A stretch of DNA of 32,361 nt. It comes from Octopus sinensis. Its lineage: Eukaryota. The notes beneath the pieces were generated by a model. It did no database searches, had not been told where the DNA came from, and saw only the letters and a program-made list of their open reading frames with translations. Position 1 is the first letter of the stretch. Each line of letters begins with the position of its first letter. A program made the translations under genes and the position numbers. Shown one piece after another: positions 10,358 to 23,027 of this stretch. The stretch covers positions 1 to 32,361 of the forward strand of contig NW_021829601.1 in NCBI RefSeq assembly GCF_006345805.1, written 5' to 3'.

Positions 10358-10722
10358 ACAATATAAAATCCGTTCTGTCTGTCTGTCAGTGTGAGTGTCT
10401 TCTAGGATCTCGAGCATCCTCCATCCGATTGCGCACAAATTTGATATGTAGATACCGACGGTATCAGGGCGTCTTGAAAAAAATTCCCAGAATCGATTCC
10501 AGGTGAAAATGCGATCGATAAAGCCGCGGGAACGTGCATTTGTACGCGCAAGTACATCAGTCGAAATCCGTCTTTTGCTGTGTCTCAAATTTAGGTAAAT
10601 CAGTGTTTGTCAAAGGGGAAGCCTATGGGACGGTCGGAAAAGTTGTTTTGAGAAAATTTGGTTTAAATGTTTGACAAAACAGCACCGTCCATTGGACGGG
10701 CGGGGGGGGGGCGTTTTGCTCG
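10358..10722 (+). mobile_element. Non-autonomous Helitron-like element
   Basis: 5' end emerges from a (TA)n tract as TATAAAATCCGTTCTGTCTGTCTGTC. 3' hairpin CCGTCCA-T-TGGACGG (10685-10699), then CTCG|T, a variant of the CTRR|T terminus. Confidence 0.55.
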
Positions 10723-11002
10723 TATATACATACGTACATACATACATATATATATAAAATATATGTATGTATGCATGCACATTGCTAAATCTTTATTAGT
10801 TATCGTCCAAAATTCATAATAATTTCACGCCTTTAACGATAATATTATTCTCTTTTGGTGGCGTTGGTGATGAGAAGCCGCTGGGAAATAGCGAGCAAAC
10901 AAACAAGGGACCAAACACGACAGAATGTGAGCATATAAACAAAAATTAAATAAATATACATTATACAAATAAAATGATATGAAATAAGGGCTTGCGGCTC
11001 AA

Positions 11003-11218
11003 AATTTGGTTTCAAGTTTTGGCACGGGGTCAACAATTTTGGAGATGATGTAAGTCGATTACATCGACTCCAGTGCTCACCTGATACTTATTTTATCGCT
11101 CCCGAAAGGATGAAAGTCAAAGTCGACCTTGGCGGAATTAGAACTCAGAACATAAAGACAGACGAAATACCGCTAAGCATTTCACCCGGCGTGCTAACGA
11201 TTTTGCTAGCTCGTCGCC
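11003..11218 (-). mobile_element. SINE family C
   Basis: Minus-strand head GGCGACGAGCTAGCAAAATCGTTAGCACGCCGGG and central GAGTTCTAATTCCGCCAAGGTCGACTTTGACTTTCATCCTTTCGGGAGCGATAAAATAAGTATC. Tail variant similar to the copy at 581-772. Confidence 0.85.
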
Positions 11219-11871
11219 CGTTTCATGCATGTCATACTGATGACAAAACCGTCACGTTTTAGTTTAATTTTCTTTTACTAATGATTTTTCATATTTCCTC
11301 ATCAGTAGATTTAAGTGCAGTTTGGAACAATAGCAATTCCGAAGTCCAGTAACTTTTAACCTCCTTTCCACCTCGTCCTCCGAATAAATTGATAATTGTA
11401 TTGGCGATTTTTGGCGAGATTTACAGTAGAAAGCGAAGGATCATGAGGGATAAGGTTGTAACGTTATAAAATCGTCATCGCCGAATTTAGTATTTGATAA
11501 CGTTTTAACTCCTAGGGGCTTTCGTAGTTTTTTTTTTTATATGTGTGCGGTTTTTGCTAATGATAAAACATCCCAAGTTACGTATTTTTTCTTTTTTGCA
11601 AAATTCCATATCAATTTGAGTTTGTGGCGTTGTATATAACGCCACATATGTGAACCCAAATGGGTATAGCATTAGTAAAGCACTGTTATCGCTAAACGTA
11701 ACCAAACCATACGCACCAATTACGGCGATGACATAGTCATCGTGATTAATACGAAAGAACATGCGGATTGACTTACTAAAATACTTTCATCCTTAATTTT
11801 CGGCCCACCATAATTCTAGCATTGTGATACTATGAACTAATCTTCTACTATTTAATCTATGTCTCATGTAA

Positions 11872-12270
11872 TCTTTATATATAAAAGTGAAGTTGTGTGT
11901 CTGTCCCCTACGATTTAGATTCCTAACTACTCCCACATTTTGCGGTGCAGTTTAACCAAAACCGGGTATCTTATAGTCGTGGTTCATATCGAGCCCTTCT
12001 GGGTATTAGCGCGCGTCTACGATGGGTCTACGATTTTAAAAATAATTTACCATCATTTTTTTCCATTTTAATTCATTTTTTCGCTATTATATAAGGGAAC
12101 TAACTCTCTAAAAATGTCTACGATGAGTCAACGATTTAAAAAAAAAATTACCATAATTTTTTTTCCATTTTTAATGCATTTTTTTTGCTAGTTTTTGGCT
12201 ATAACTCTCTAAAAATGCTTATATAGTTATTTCCCTTACAAACCCGAGCAACGCCGGGCGATACTGCTAG
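11872..12270 (+). mobile_element. Non-autonomous Helitron (399 bp)
   Basis: A|TC 5' terminus (TCTTTATATATAAAAG), subterminal hairpin CCCGAGCAACGCCGGG (12243-12258), CTAG|T 3' terminus, no TSD. Internal ~100-bp tandem duplication (~12015 and ~12115). Confidence 0.85.
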
Positions 12271-12899
12271 TGTGTTATAATGTGCTGCAATGGCTCCTTA
12301 TAGAGAAAGTGTCATCGAACTTGCGTGTCCGATTTAATAGTGTAAAGGACACAACTGTCTTCTCCTCTTACAACACACTCATCGCTGATTAAATTACACT
12401 TCTTGATTTCGGCACGTACTTCACCTTGCAGGAAAACACGACCGAAACGGTGGGTCGGGCTCGAATTACTTTATCAATCTCTCGAGACAATTAGTCATAA
12501 AAATATAATAAAACTGATTAGAAACTGCAAGACTTATTCAAGTTTGAAAGCAATAAACATAGTTATAAACACAAACAATAAAAATGCACTTAACCCTTAA
12601 TTAGTTTCCATGACCTGAAAAATAACTTATAAAATTTTAAATATGCATAAGTGATGAGTCATCTGTTTAATATAGACAAAAAATTAATACATTTCAGACA
12701 ACTGAAGAACGCCATCAAAAAGATAAGCATGGCAGCTGAAAGTAGTTCAAAATGGCTGTGGTTGACGAAACACAGCAGGTGGAACTCTTCTGCAAAGTGA
12801 AGACTAATTTAATATTCGCTGCCCGTCTCAGGAGAAACGTACAAGTTAAGGGGTGAAACGGTTGAGATTCTGAGATGACTCAAAAGATTATACGTGAGA

Positions 12900-13285
12900 T
12901 GGGAAGCGCTCCGTCGGTTACGACGATGAGGGTTCCGGTTGATCCGAATCAACGGAACAGCCTGCTCGTGAAATAAACGTGTAAGTGGCTGAGCACCCCA
13001 CAGACACGTGTACCCTTAACGTAGTTCTCGGGGATATTCAGCGTGACACAGAGAGTGACAAGGCCGGCCCCTTTGAAATACAGGTACAACAGAAACAGGA
13101 AGTAAGAGTGAGAGACAGTTGTGGTGAAAGAGTACAGCAGGGATCACCACCATCCCCTGCCAGAACCTCATGGAGCTTTTAGGTGTTTTCGATCAATAAA
13201 CACTCACAACGCCTGGTCTGGGAATCGAAACCGCGATCCTACGACCGCGAGTCCACTGCCCTAACCACTGAGCCATTGCGCCTCC
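12900..13285 (-). mobile_element. SINE family B flanked by a 140-bp direct repeat
   Basis: Colinear with the other family B copies. 12760-12899 equals 13286-13425 except for one substitution. Confidence 0.93.
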
Positions 13286-13604
13286 GGTTGACGAAACACA
13301 GCAGGTGGAACTCTTCTGCAAAGTGAAGACTAATTTAATATTCGCTGCCCATCTCAGGAGAAACGTACAAGTTAAGGGGTGAAACGGTTGAGATTCTGAG
13401 ATGACTCAAAAGATTATACGTGAGACATCGATTTGAGTAATGCAAAGGAACTGAAAGTCTGTCGATCTGCCTCCTGACAGTCAATCAAGCTACACTTTAG
13501 TCCATCTTATCAATCCCTTCAGTCATTAATCCTCCTATTCATCTATTCATTCATCTTTTAACCATCTATTTAATTGTTATTTTACCCACGCCTTCTATCA
13601 CCTA

Positions 13605-13623
13605 AACACACACGCACGCACAT

Positions 13624-13661
<38 letters not shown>

Positions 13662-13732
13662 ACACACACATGTACATACATATATACATACATACATACA
13701 TACATACATACATACATACATACATGCATGCA

Positions 13733-13798
<66 letters not shown>

Positions 13799-13818
13799 CA
13801 CACACACATATATATATA
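13605..13818. repeat. Compound (CA)n/(TACA)n microsatellite
   Basis: Direct inspection. Confidence 0.95.
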
Positions 13819-14010
13819 CGGAGAAAAAAAGTCAGAATTTTGGAAAAAATCTTTTTATTTCTTCTTTATTATTATTGGTTTCATTCGTTTCTCGAACTGG
13901 CCAAATAAATTTTTTTTCTCAATATTCAATTTCTGTACATCACACCTAACACACACACACACACACTATATCTCTCTCTCTCTCTATATATATATATATA
14001 CATATATATA

Positions 14011-14210
14011 GCCGCCATGCTTGATCGCTAAATCCACAAGTTTTTTTCATTCTTTCTCTGTCTATTTTCTCGTGCTCCTTTCTGTTGAAGAGCGTAGGCT
14101 CGAAACGTAAAATGCTTTCTCACCTTCTCGAGCGTCAAACTAATACACCTGCTTGTTGTTCATACACCTGTCTTCGTCTGTTGTTTTTCTGTAAATTTCA
14201 ACTATATATA
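14011..14210 (+). mobile_element. Penelope-like pseudo-LTR-type fragment (family H2) next to (TA)n
   Basis: Homologous to the reverse complement of 31675-31890 (...TTTCTGTYGAAGAGCGT.GGCTC.AAACGTAAAA...CTCGAGC.TCAAACTAATACACCTGCTTGT...AAATTT.AACTATA). Carries a minimal hammerhead-like motif. PLE assignment is inferred from that motif. Confidence 0.6.
14078..14112 (+). ncRNA. Minimal type I hammerhead-like motif with atypical core (CUGUUGAA)
   Basis: UUU-CUGUUGAA-GAGC(GUAG)GCUC-GAAA-CGU-A-AAA: stem I UUU/AAA, 4-bp stem II, palindromic ACGU helix III that could only form in a dimer, and U at position 6. Confidence 0.5.
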
Positions 14211-14399
14211 AAAGATAATATGGTCATATCAGGAAAGCCTTTGATCATAAGCATCTTGCTTGATCAAAGTTAACCTGAAGTTAAGTTACAACTACCATCA
14301 GTTCAGGATGAGAAAGTGATAATTTACCTGACTCAGCATTCGAGAACTATGCATCATAAAGTTCTCCAATATTTAGGACTTCATTGTCTAATGTTTTAT

Positions 14400-14632
14400 C
14401 CATCGATCGATCGATCGATCGATCCATCCATCCATCCAATCGTTCGTCCATCGATCGATCGATCGATCCAATCGTTCGTCCATCCATTCATCCATCCATC
14501 CATCCATACGCCCACCACCCACCCATCCATCCATTCGTCCATCCATCAGTCCATCCGTCCGTCCGTCCGACCATCCATCCATCTATCCATCACGCCATTC
14601 ATCCATCTATCATGCCATCCATCTATCTATCT

Positions 14633-14664
<32 letters not shown>

Positions 14665-14977
14665 GTCCACCCATCCATCCATCCATTCATCCATCCATCC
14701 ATTCGGCCCTCCATCAGTCCATCCGTCCGACCATCCATCCATCTATCCATCACGCCATTCATCCATCTATCATGCCATCCATCTATCCATCCATCCATCC
14801 ATCCATCCATCCATCCATCCATCCATCTATCCATCCATTCATCCATCTATCCATCTGTCCCTCCATCCGTCCCTCCGTCAGTCCATCCGTCCATCCGTTC
14901 GTCCCTCCATCCATCTATCCATCACGCCATTCATCCATCTATCACGCCATCCATCCATCCATCCATCCATCCATGCA
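14400..14977. repeat. (CCAT)n/(CGAT)n tetranucleotide tract with a ~166-bp higher-order repeat
   Basis: Block CC(A/G)TCAGTCCATCCGTCC...ATCACGCCATTCATCCATCTATCA recurs at 14543, 14711 and 14875. Confidence 0.9.
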
Positions 14978-15265
14978 TCTATATTTTCAACAGAATTCTA
15001 CGAGACAGCTGTTGGCTGTTTGCTTCGACAAATGTCATCGAACTTAAAACTACGAAGAGAGCTGTAATGTCTAACTTTTCGGGGAGACTAACTTTTCATC
15101 CTTCAGACGAAATAAAGTACAACAATAACAACAGAAACGAATAAAATAAAGGTAAAATAAGTAAAAAAAAAAACAAATCAAGTACAACAGCAAAAATAAA
15201 GAAACAGAAATGCATAGTGAGCGCCCACAATATCAAACACAACTTTGTAGATAGGCGCATATATA

Positions 15266-16439
15266 CGAGGGGCGTTCAATAAGTAATGCCCCTGACCCAC
15301 TTGCAGTTGTTTGACCCACTTGCAGGAGCCTGTTGAGTGTCGAGCAGTGATCCGGTTTTTGTATTTGAAAGGACGCACACCACGGGAGACTTTTGATGAA
15401 ATGAAAGTAACTTATGGTGATGATGCCCTATCATATGACCTTGTAAAACGCTGGCATCGTGAATTCAAACATGGTCGGAACTCTGTGGAAACAGCTCCCA
15501 GATCTGGTCGCCCCCTTCTGCCATTGATGAGGCATCTGTCCGTCAAGTTGAGGCTGCCATTTTGGAAGATCGGCGCATAATTATTCGCCAAATAGCCCAT
15601 GAGGTCAAGATTAGTACCGGGTCTGTGGAAACTATCATTCATGACCATTTGCATATGCAAAAGGTGTCTGCCAGATGGATTCCCAGGTTGCTCACGCCTT
15701 TCCAGAAGCAAGAACGCGTCGAGTGCTCGAGGGTGAATTTGGAGATGTGCCAAGAAGATGAGTCAACATTTTTCAAAAGACTGATTACACAGGATGAAAC
15801 CTGGGTCCATCACTATGATCCAGAGACCAAATCCCAGTCAATGCAGTGGAAGCACCGTGACTCACCCCCTCCAAAGAAGGCAAGGGTGCAGCCCTCCGCT
15901 GGCAAGGTCATGCTCACAGTCTTCTGGGACCAGGACGGAGTAGTGATGACAGATTTCCTGGCAAAGGGTACCACAATTGCAGGAGCCTATTATGCTTCAC
16001 TTTTGAGGAAATTAAGAGAAGTTATCAAAATCAAGAGGCGGGGCAAGATCAGCAAAGGCATCCTCCTCCTGCAGGACAACGCTCCGGTCCACAACTCGCT
16101 TGTCGCCAGATCAGAAGCACAGGCGTATGGCTATGAACTCCTCCCCATCCCCCTACTTTCCTGACCTTGCACCCTCTGATTTTCACCTCTTCCCAATCAT
16201 GAAGTTGTTTTTGAAAGGAAAGCGTTTCCCAGATGATGCAGCCTTGATTTCTGAAGTCACGTTGAAGGACCAAGCTGGGTTCTTCTACAAAAACGGTCTC
16301 CAGAGCCGCATCAAACGATGGGAGAAATGCGTAACTCTGGGTGGTTCCTATGTAGAAAAAGACTAATAACTGTGCCAAGTTTCGTTGCTCTACTGCTATG
16401 GGAAGTGGGTCAGGGGCATTACTTATTGAACGCCCCTCG
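15266..16439 (+). mobile_element. Mariner (DD34D) transposon, probably irritans subfamily, with a 5' deletion
   Basis: Perfect 37-bp TIRs CGAGGGGCGTTCAATAAGTAATGCCCCTGACCCACTT and TA TSDs (15264-65 / 16440-41). The subfamily is judged from the CGAGGGG-starting TIR only. Confidence 0.95.
15326..16366 (+). pseudogene. Mariner transposase, frameshifted and lacking its start codon
   Basis: HTH region (RAVIRFLYLKG...KRWHREFK), WIPRLL, TQDETW, QDNAPVH and (HPPY)FPDLAPSD with 34 residues between the last two Asp once the frame is restored. Frameshifts in C runs near 15515 and 16145-16153. Confidence 0.92.
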
Positions 16440-16770
16440 TATGCCTTCATGCACAAAGTATTTCGATGACTTAAGACGTTAGAGATAGCCTCTGTTTGAA
16501 GAAGAGATCATTCAGATAAGGTCAACTTATAATACATAAAACCTCCAAGCTGAGCAGATAAAGTATCACATTCTCGTCATGAAATGTGTATTTGTTGTCG
16601 CTTGATCCCAGACTCGCCCTGATCAAGCATAATACTGATACTAAGGACTGTATTGTTTACTGTTTCCTGATTTTAAAGTTGGTAGTGTGTTATGGTTGAG
16701 GAAACTTAAGCTTCTTTTGGTAGCAGGTCGCATGACTACATAGAAAACGTTCTCGTGCGCATGCACATAC

Positions 16771-19700
16771 ATATGCAGGCAATCACTCGAAATCACCAAC
16801 ACTTAAAAACACTGTTTTTTGGTAAGACCAGTAATACTTTCTGAAGTAGTATATACATAAATATGCAGGCAATCACTCGAAATCACCACACTTAAATACA
16901 AACACACATATAATCTCTGTTTTTTGGTAAGACCAGTAATACATTCTGAAGTAGTATATACATAAATATGCAGGCAATCACTCGAAATCACCACACTTAA
17001 ATACAAACAAACATATAATCTCTGTTTTTTGGTAAGACCAGTAATACTTTCTGAAGTAGTATATACATAAATATGCAGGCAATCACTCGAAATCACCACA
17101 CTTAAACAAACACACATATAATCTCTGTTTTTGGTAAGACCAGTAATACTTTCTGAAGTAGTATATACATAAATATGCAGGCAATCACTCGAAATCACCA
17201 CACTTAAATACAAACACATATAATCTCTGTTTTTTGGTAAGACCAGTAATACTTTCTGAAGTAGTATATACATAAATATGCAGGCAATCACTCGAAATCA
17301 CCACACTTAAATACAAACACACATATAATCTCTGTTTTTTGGTAAGACCAGTAATACATTCTGAAGTAGTATATACATAAATATGCAGGCAATCACTCGA
17401 AATCACCACACTTAAATACAAACACACATATAATCTCTGTTTTTTGGTAAGACCAGTAATACTTTCTGAAGTAGTATATACATAAATATGCAGGCAATCA
17501 CTCGAAATCACCACACTTAAATACAAACACACATATAATCTCTGTTTTTTGGTAAGACCAGTAATACTTTCTGAAGTAGTATATACATAAATATGCAGGC
17601 AATCACTCGAAATCACCACACTTAAATACAAACACACATATAATCTCTGTTTTTGGTAAGACCAGTAATACTTTCTGTAGTAGTATATACATAAATATGC
17701 AGGCAATCACTCGAAATCACACCACACTTAAATACAAACACACATATAATCTCTGTTTTTTGGTAAGACCAGTAATACTTTCTGAAGTAGTATATACATA
17801 AATATGCAGGCAATCACTCGAAATCACCACACTTAATACAAACAACACACATATAATCTCTGTTTTTTGGTAAGACCAGTAATACTTTCTGTAGTAGTAT
17901 ATACATACATGTGCAGGCAATCACTCGAAATCACCACACTTAAATACAAACACACATATAATCTCTGTTTTTGGTAAGACCAGTAATACTTTCTGAAGTA
18001 GTATATACATAAATATGCAGGCAATCACTCGAAATCACCACACTTAAATACAAACACCATATAATCTCTGTTTTTTGGTAAGACCAGTAATACTTTCTGA
18101 AGTAGTATATACATAAATATGCAGGCAATCACTCGAAATCACCACACTTAAATACAAACACACATATAATCTCTGTTTTTTGGTAAGACCAGTACTTTCT
18201 GAAGTAGTATATACATAAATATGCAGGCAATCACTCGAAATCACCACACTTAAATACAAACACACATATAATCTCTGTTTTTTGGTAAGACCAGTAATAC
18301 TTTCTGAAGTAGTATATACATAAATATGCAGGCAATCACTCGAAATCACCACACACTTAAATACAAACACACATATAATCTCTGTTTTTTGGTAAGACCA
18401 GTAATACTTTCTGAAGTAGTATATACATAAATATGCAGGCAATCACTCGAAATCACCACACTTAAATACAAACACACATATAATCTCTGTTTTTTGGTAA
18501 GACCAGTAATACTTTCTGAAGTAGTATATACATAAATATGCAGGCAATCACTCGAAATCACCACACTTAAATACAAACACACATATAATCTCTGTTTTTG
18601 GTAAGACCAGTAATACTTTCTGAAGTAGTATATAGATAAATATGCAGGCAATCACTCGAAATCACCACACTTAAATACAAACACACATATAATCTCTGTT
18701 TTTTGTAAGACCAGTAATACATTCTGAAGTAGTATATACATAAATATGCAGGCAATCACTCGAAATCACCACACTTAAATACAAACACACATAATCTCTG
18801 TTTTTGGTAAGACCAGTAATACTTTCTGAAGTAGTATATACATAAATGCAGGCAATCACTCGAAATCACCACACTTAAATACAAACACACATATAATCTC
18901 TGTTTTTTGTAAGACCAGTAATACTTTCTGAAGTAGTATATACATAAATATGCAGGCAATCACTCGAAATCACCACACTTAAATACAAACACACATATAA
19001 TCTCTGTTTTTTGGTAAGACCAGTAATACTTTCTGAAGTAGTATATACATAAATATGCAGGCAATCACTCGAAATCACCACACTTAAATACAAACACAGA
19101 TATAATCTCTGTTTTTTGGTAAGACCAGTAATAATTTCTGAAGTAGTATATACATAAATATGCAGGCAATCACTCGAAATCACCACACTTAAATAAAACA
19201 ACACATATATATCTCTGTTTTTTGGTAACAGTAATACATTCTGAGTAGTATATACATAAATATGCAGGCAATCACTCGAAATCACCACACTTAAATACAA
19301 CACACATATAATCTCTGTTTTTTGGTAAGACCAGTAATACTTTCTGAAGTAGTATATACATAAATATGCAGGCAATCACTCGAAATCACCACACTTAAAT
19401 ACAAACACACATATAATCTCTGTTTTTTGGTAAGACCAGTAATAATTTCTGAAGTAGTATATACATAAATATGCAGGCAATCACTCGAAATCACCACACT
19501 TAAATACAAACACACATATAATCTCTGTTTTTTGGTAAGACCAGTAATACATTCTGAAGTAGTATATACATAAATATGCAGGCAATCACTCGAAATCACC
19601 ACACTTAAATACAAACACACATATAATCTCTGTTTTTTGGTAAGACCAGTAATACATTCTGAAGTAGTATATACATAAATATGCAGGCATCACTCGAAAA

Positions 19701-22700
19701 ATCACTCAAACAAACACAACATTAAATACAACACATATATCTCTCTGTTTTTTTGGTAAGACCAGTAATACATTCTGAAGTAGTTATATACATAAATATG
19801 CAGGCAATCACTCGAAATCACCACACTTAAATACAACACACATATAATCTCTGTTTTTTGGTAAGACCAGTATAATTTCTGAAGTAGTATATACATAAAT
19901 ATGCAGGCAATCACTCGAAATCACCACACTTAATACAAACACACATATAATCTCTGTTTTTTGGTAAGACCAGTAATACTTTCTGAAGTAGTATATACAT
20001 AAATATGCAGGCAATCACTCGAAATCACCACACTTAAATACAAACACACATATAATCTCTGTTTTTTGTAAGACCAGTAATACTTTCTGATGTAGTATAT
20101 ACATAAATATGCAGGCAATCACTCGAAATCACCACACTAAATACAAACACACATATAATCTCTGTTTTTTGGTAAGACCAGTAATACTTTCTGAAGTAGT
20201 ATATACATAAATATGCAGGCAATCACTCGAAATCACCACACTTAAATACAAACACACATATAATCTCTGTTTTTTGGTAAGACCAGTAATACTTTCTGAA
20301 GTAGTATATACATAAATATGCCAGCAATCACTCGAAATCACCACACTAAATACAAACACACATATAATCTCTGTTTTTTGGTAAGACCAGTAATACTTTC
20401 TGATGTAGTATATACATAAATATGCAGGCAATCACTCGAAATCACCACACTTAAATACAAACACACATATAATCTCTGTTTTTGGTAAGACCAGTAATAC
20501 TTTCTGAAGTAGTATATACATAAATATGCAGGCAATCACTCGAAATCACCACACTTAAATACAAACACACATAATAATCTCTGTTTTTTGGTAAGACCAG
20601 TAATACTTTCTGATGTAGTATATACATAAATATGCAGGCAATCACTCGAAATCACCACACTTAAATACAAACACACATATAATCTCTGTTTTTTTGGTAA
20701 GACCAGTAATACTTTCTGATGTAGTATATACATAAATATGCAGGCAATCACTCGAAATCACCACACTTAAATACAAACACATATAATCTCTGTTTTTTTG
20801 GTAAGACCAGTAATACTTTCTGAAGTAGTATATACATAATATGCAGGCAATCACTCGAAATCACCACACTTAAATACAACACACATATAATCTCTGTTTT
20901 TTGGTAAGACCAGTAATACTTTCTGTAGTAGTATATACATAAATATGCAGGCAATCACTCGAAATCACCACACTTAAATACAAACACACATATAATCTCT
21001 GTTTTTTGGTAAGACCAGTAATACTTTCTGAAGTAGTATATACATAAATATGCAGGCAATCACTCGAAATCACCACACTTAAATACAAACACACATATAA
21101 TCTCTGTTTTTTGGTAAGACCAGTAATACTTTCTGTAGTAGTATATACATAAATATGCAGGCAATCACTCGAAATCACCACACTTAAATACAAACACACA
21201 TATAATCTCTGTTTTTTGGTAAGACCAGTAATACTTTCTGAAGTAGTATATACATAAATATGCAGGCAATCACTCGAAATCACCACACTTAAATACAAAC
21301 ACACATATAATCTCTGTTTTTTGGTAAGACCAGTAATACTTTCTGAAGTAGTATATACATAAATATGCAGGCAATCACTCGAAATCACCACACTTAAATA
21401 CAAACACACATATAATCTCTGTTTTTTGGTAAGACCAGTAATACTTTCTGTAGTAGTATATACATAAATATGCAGGCAATCACTCGAAATCACCACACTT
21501 AAATACAAACCAGATATAATCTCTGTTTTTTGGTAAGACCAGTAATACTTTCTGAAGTAGTATATACATAAATATGCAGGCAATCACTCGAAATCACCAC
21601 ACTTAAATACAAACACACATATAATCTCTGTTTTTTGTAAGACCAGTATACTTTCTGAAGTAGTATATACATAAATATGCAGGCAATCACTCGAAATCAC
21701 CACACTTAAATACAAACACACATATAATCTCTGTTTTTTGTAAGACCAGTAATACTTTCTGAAGTAGTATATACATAATATGCAGGCAATCACTTGAAAT
21801 CACCACACTTAAACAAACACACATATAATCTCTGTTTTTTGGTAAGACCAGTAATACATTCTGAAGTAGTATATACATAAATATGCAGGCAATCACTCGA
21901 AATCACCACACTTAAATACAAACAACATATAATCTCTGTTTTTTGGTAAGACCAGTAATACTTTCTGAAGTAGTATATACATAAATATGCAGGCAATCAC
22001 TCGAAATCACCACACTTAATACAAACACACATATAATCTCTGTTTTTTGGTAAGACCAGTAATACTTTCTGATGTAGTATATACATAAATATGCAGGCAA
22101 TCACTCGAAATCACCACACTTAAATACAAACACCATATAATCTCTGTTTTTTGGTAAGACCAGTAATACTTTCTGAAGTAGTATATACATCAATATGCAG
22201 GCAATCACTCGAAATCACCACACTTAAATACAAACACACATATAATCTGTTTTTTGGTAAGACCAGTAATACATTCTGAAGTAGTATATACATAAATATG
22301 CAAGCAATCACTCGAAATCACCACACTTAAATACAAACACACATATAATCTCTGTTGTTTGGTAAGACCAGTAATACACTCTGAAGTATATATAAATAAA
22401 TATGCAGGCAATCACTCGAAATCACCACACTTAAATACAAACACACACATATAATCTCTGTTTTTTGGTAAGACCAGTAATACATTCTGAAGTAGTATAT
22501 ACATAAATATGCAGGCAATCACTCGAAATCACCACACTTAAATACAAACACACATATAATCTCTGTTTTTTGGTAAGACCAGTAATACTTTCTGAAGTAG
22601 TATACATAAATATGCAGGCAATCACTCGAAATCACCACACTTAAATACAACACACCATATAATCTCTGTTTTTGGTAAGACCAGTAATACTTTCTGAAGT

Positions 22701-23027
22701 AGTATATACATAAATATGCAGGCAATCACTCGAAATCACCACACTTAAATACAAACACACATATAATCTCTGTTTTTTGGTAAGACCAGTAATACTTTCT
22801 GAAGTAGTATATACATAAATATGCAGGCAATCACTCGAAATCACCACACTTAGATACAAACACACATATAATCTCTGTTTTTTGGTAAGACCAGTAATAC
22901 TTTCTGAAGTAGTATATACATAAATATGCAGGCAATCACTCGAAATCACCACACTTAAATACACACACACACATAATCTCTGTTTTTTGGTAAGACCAGT
23001 AATACTTTCTGAAGTAGTATATACATA
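16771..23027. repeat. Satellite/minisatellite array, 105-bp unit, ~60 copies
   Basis: Consensus ATATGCAGGCAATCACTCGAAATCACCACACTTAAATACAAACACACATATAATCTCTGTTTTTTGGTAAGACCAGTAATACTTTCTGAAGTAGTATATACATAA. Unit starts at 17381, 17486 and 17591 give a period of 105. The first unit is 90 bp. Confidence 0.98.

Noticed and set aside
11505-11762. 85-aa hydrophobic ORF (minus strand) and small hairpin GTGGCGTT/AACGCCAC
   Set aside because: No recognisable domain; the length is expected by chance in AT-rich DNA.
15070-15115. Minus-strand CTGAAGGA...CCCCGAAAAGTT resembling a PLE ribozyme end
   Set aside because: Core spacing is wrong, there is no stem II and the stem I register does not fit.
17361-17410. 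Hammerhead-like CUGAAG...CUCGAAA spacing within the satellite unit
   Set aside because: Position 9 is U, and stems I-III can only be drawn with 2-3 weak pairs; not distinguishable from chance.
16771-23027. CRISPR array or repeat-protein gene (35-aa LYVCLYLSVVISSDCLHIYVYTTSESITGLTKKQR frame on -)
   Set aside because: No unique spacers and a eukaryotic context. The open frame follows from a 105-bp (multiple of 3) unit, is broken by frequent indels, and has no start or splice context.
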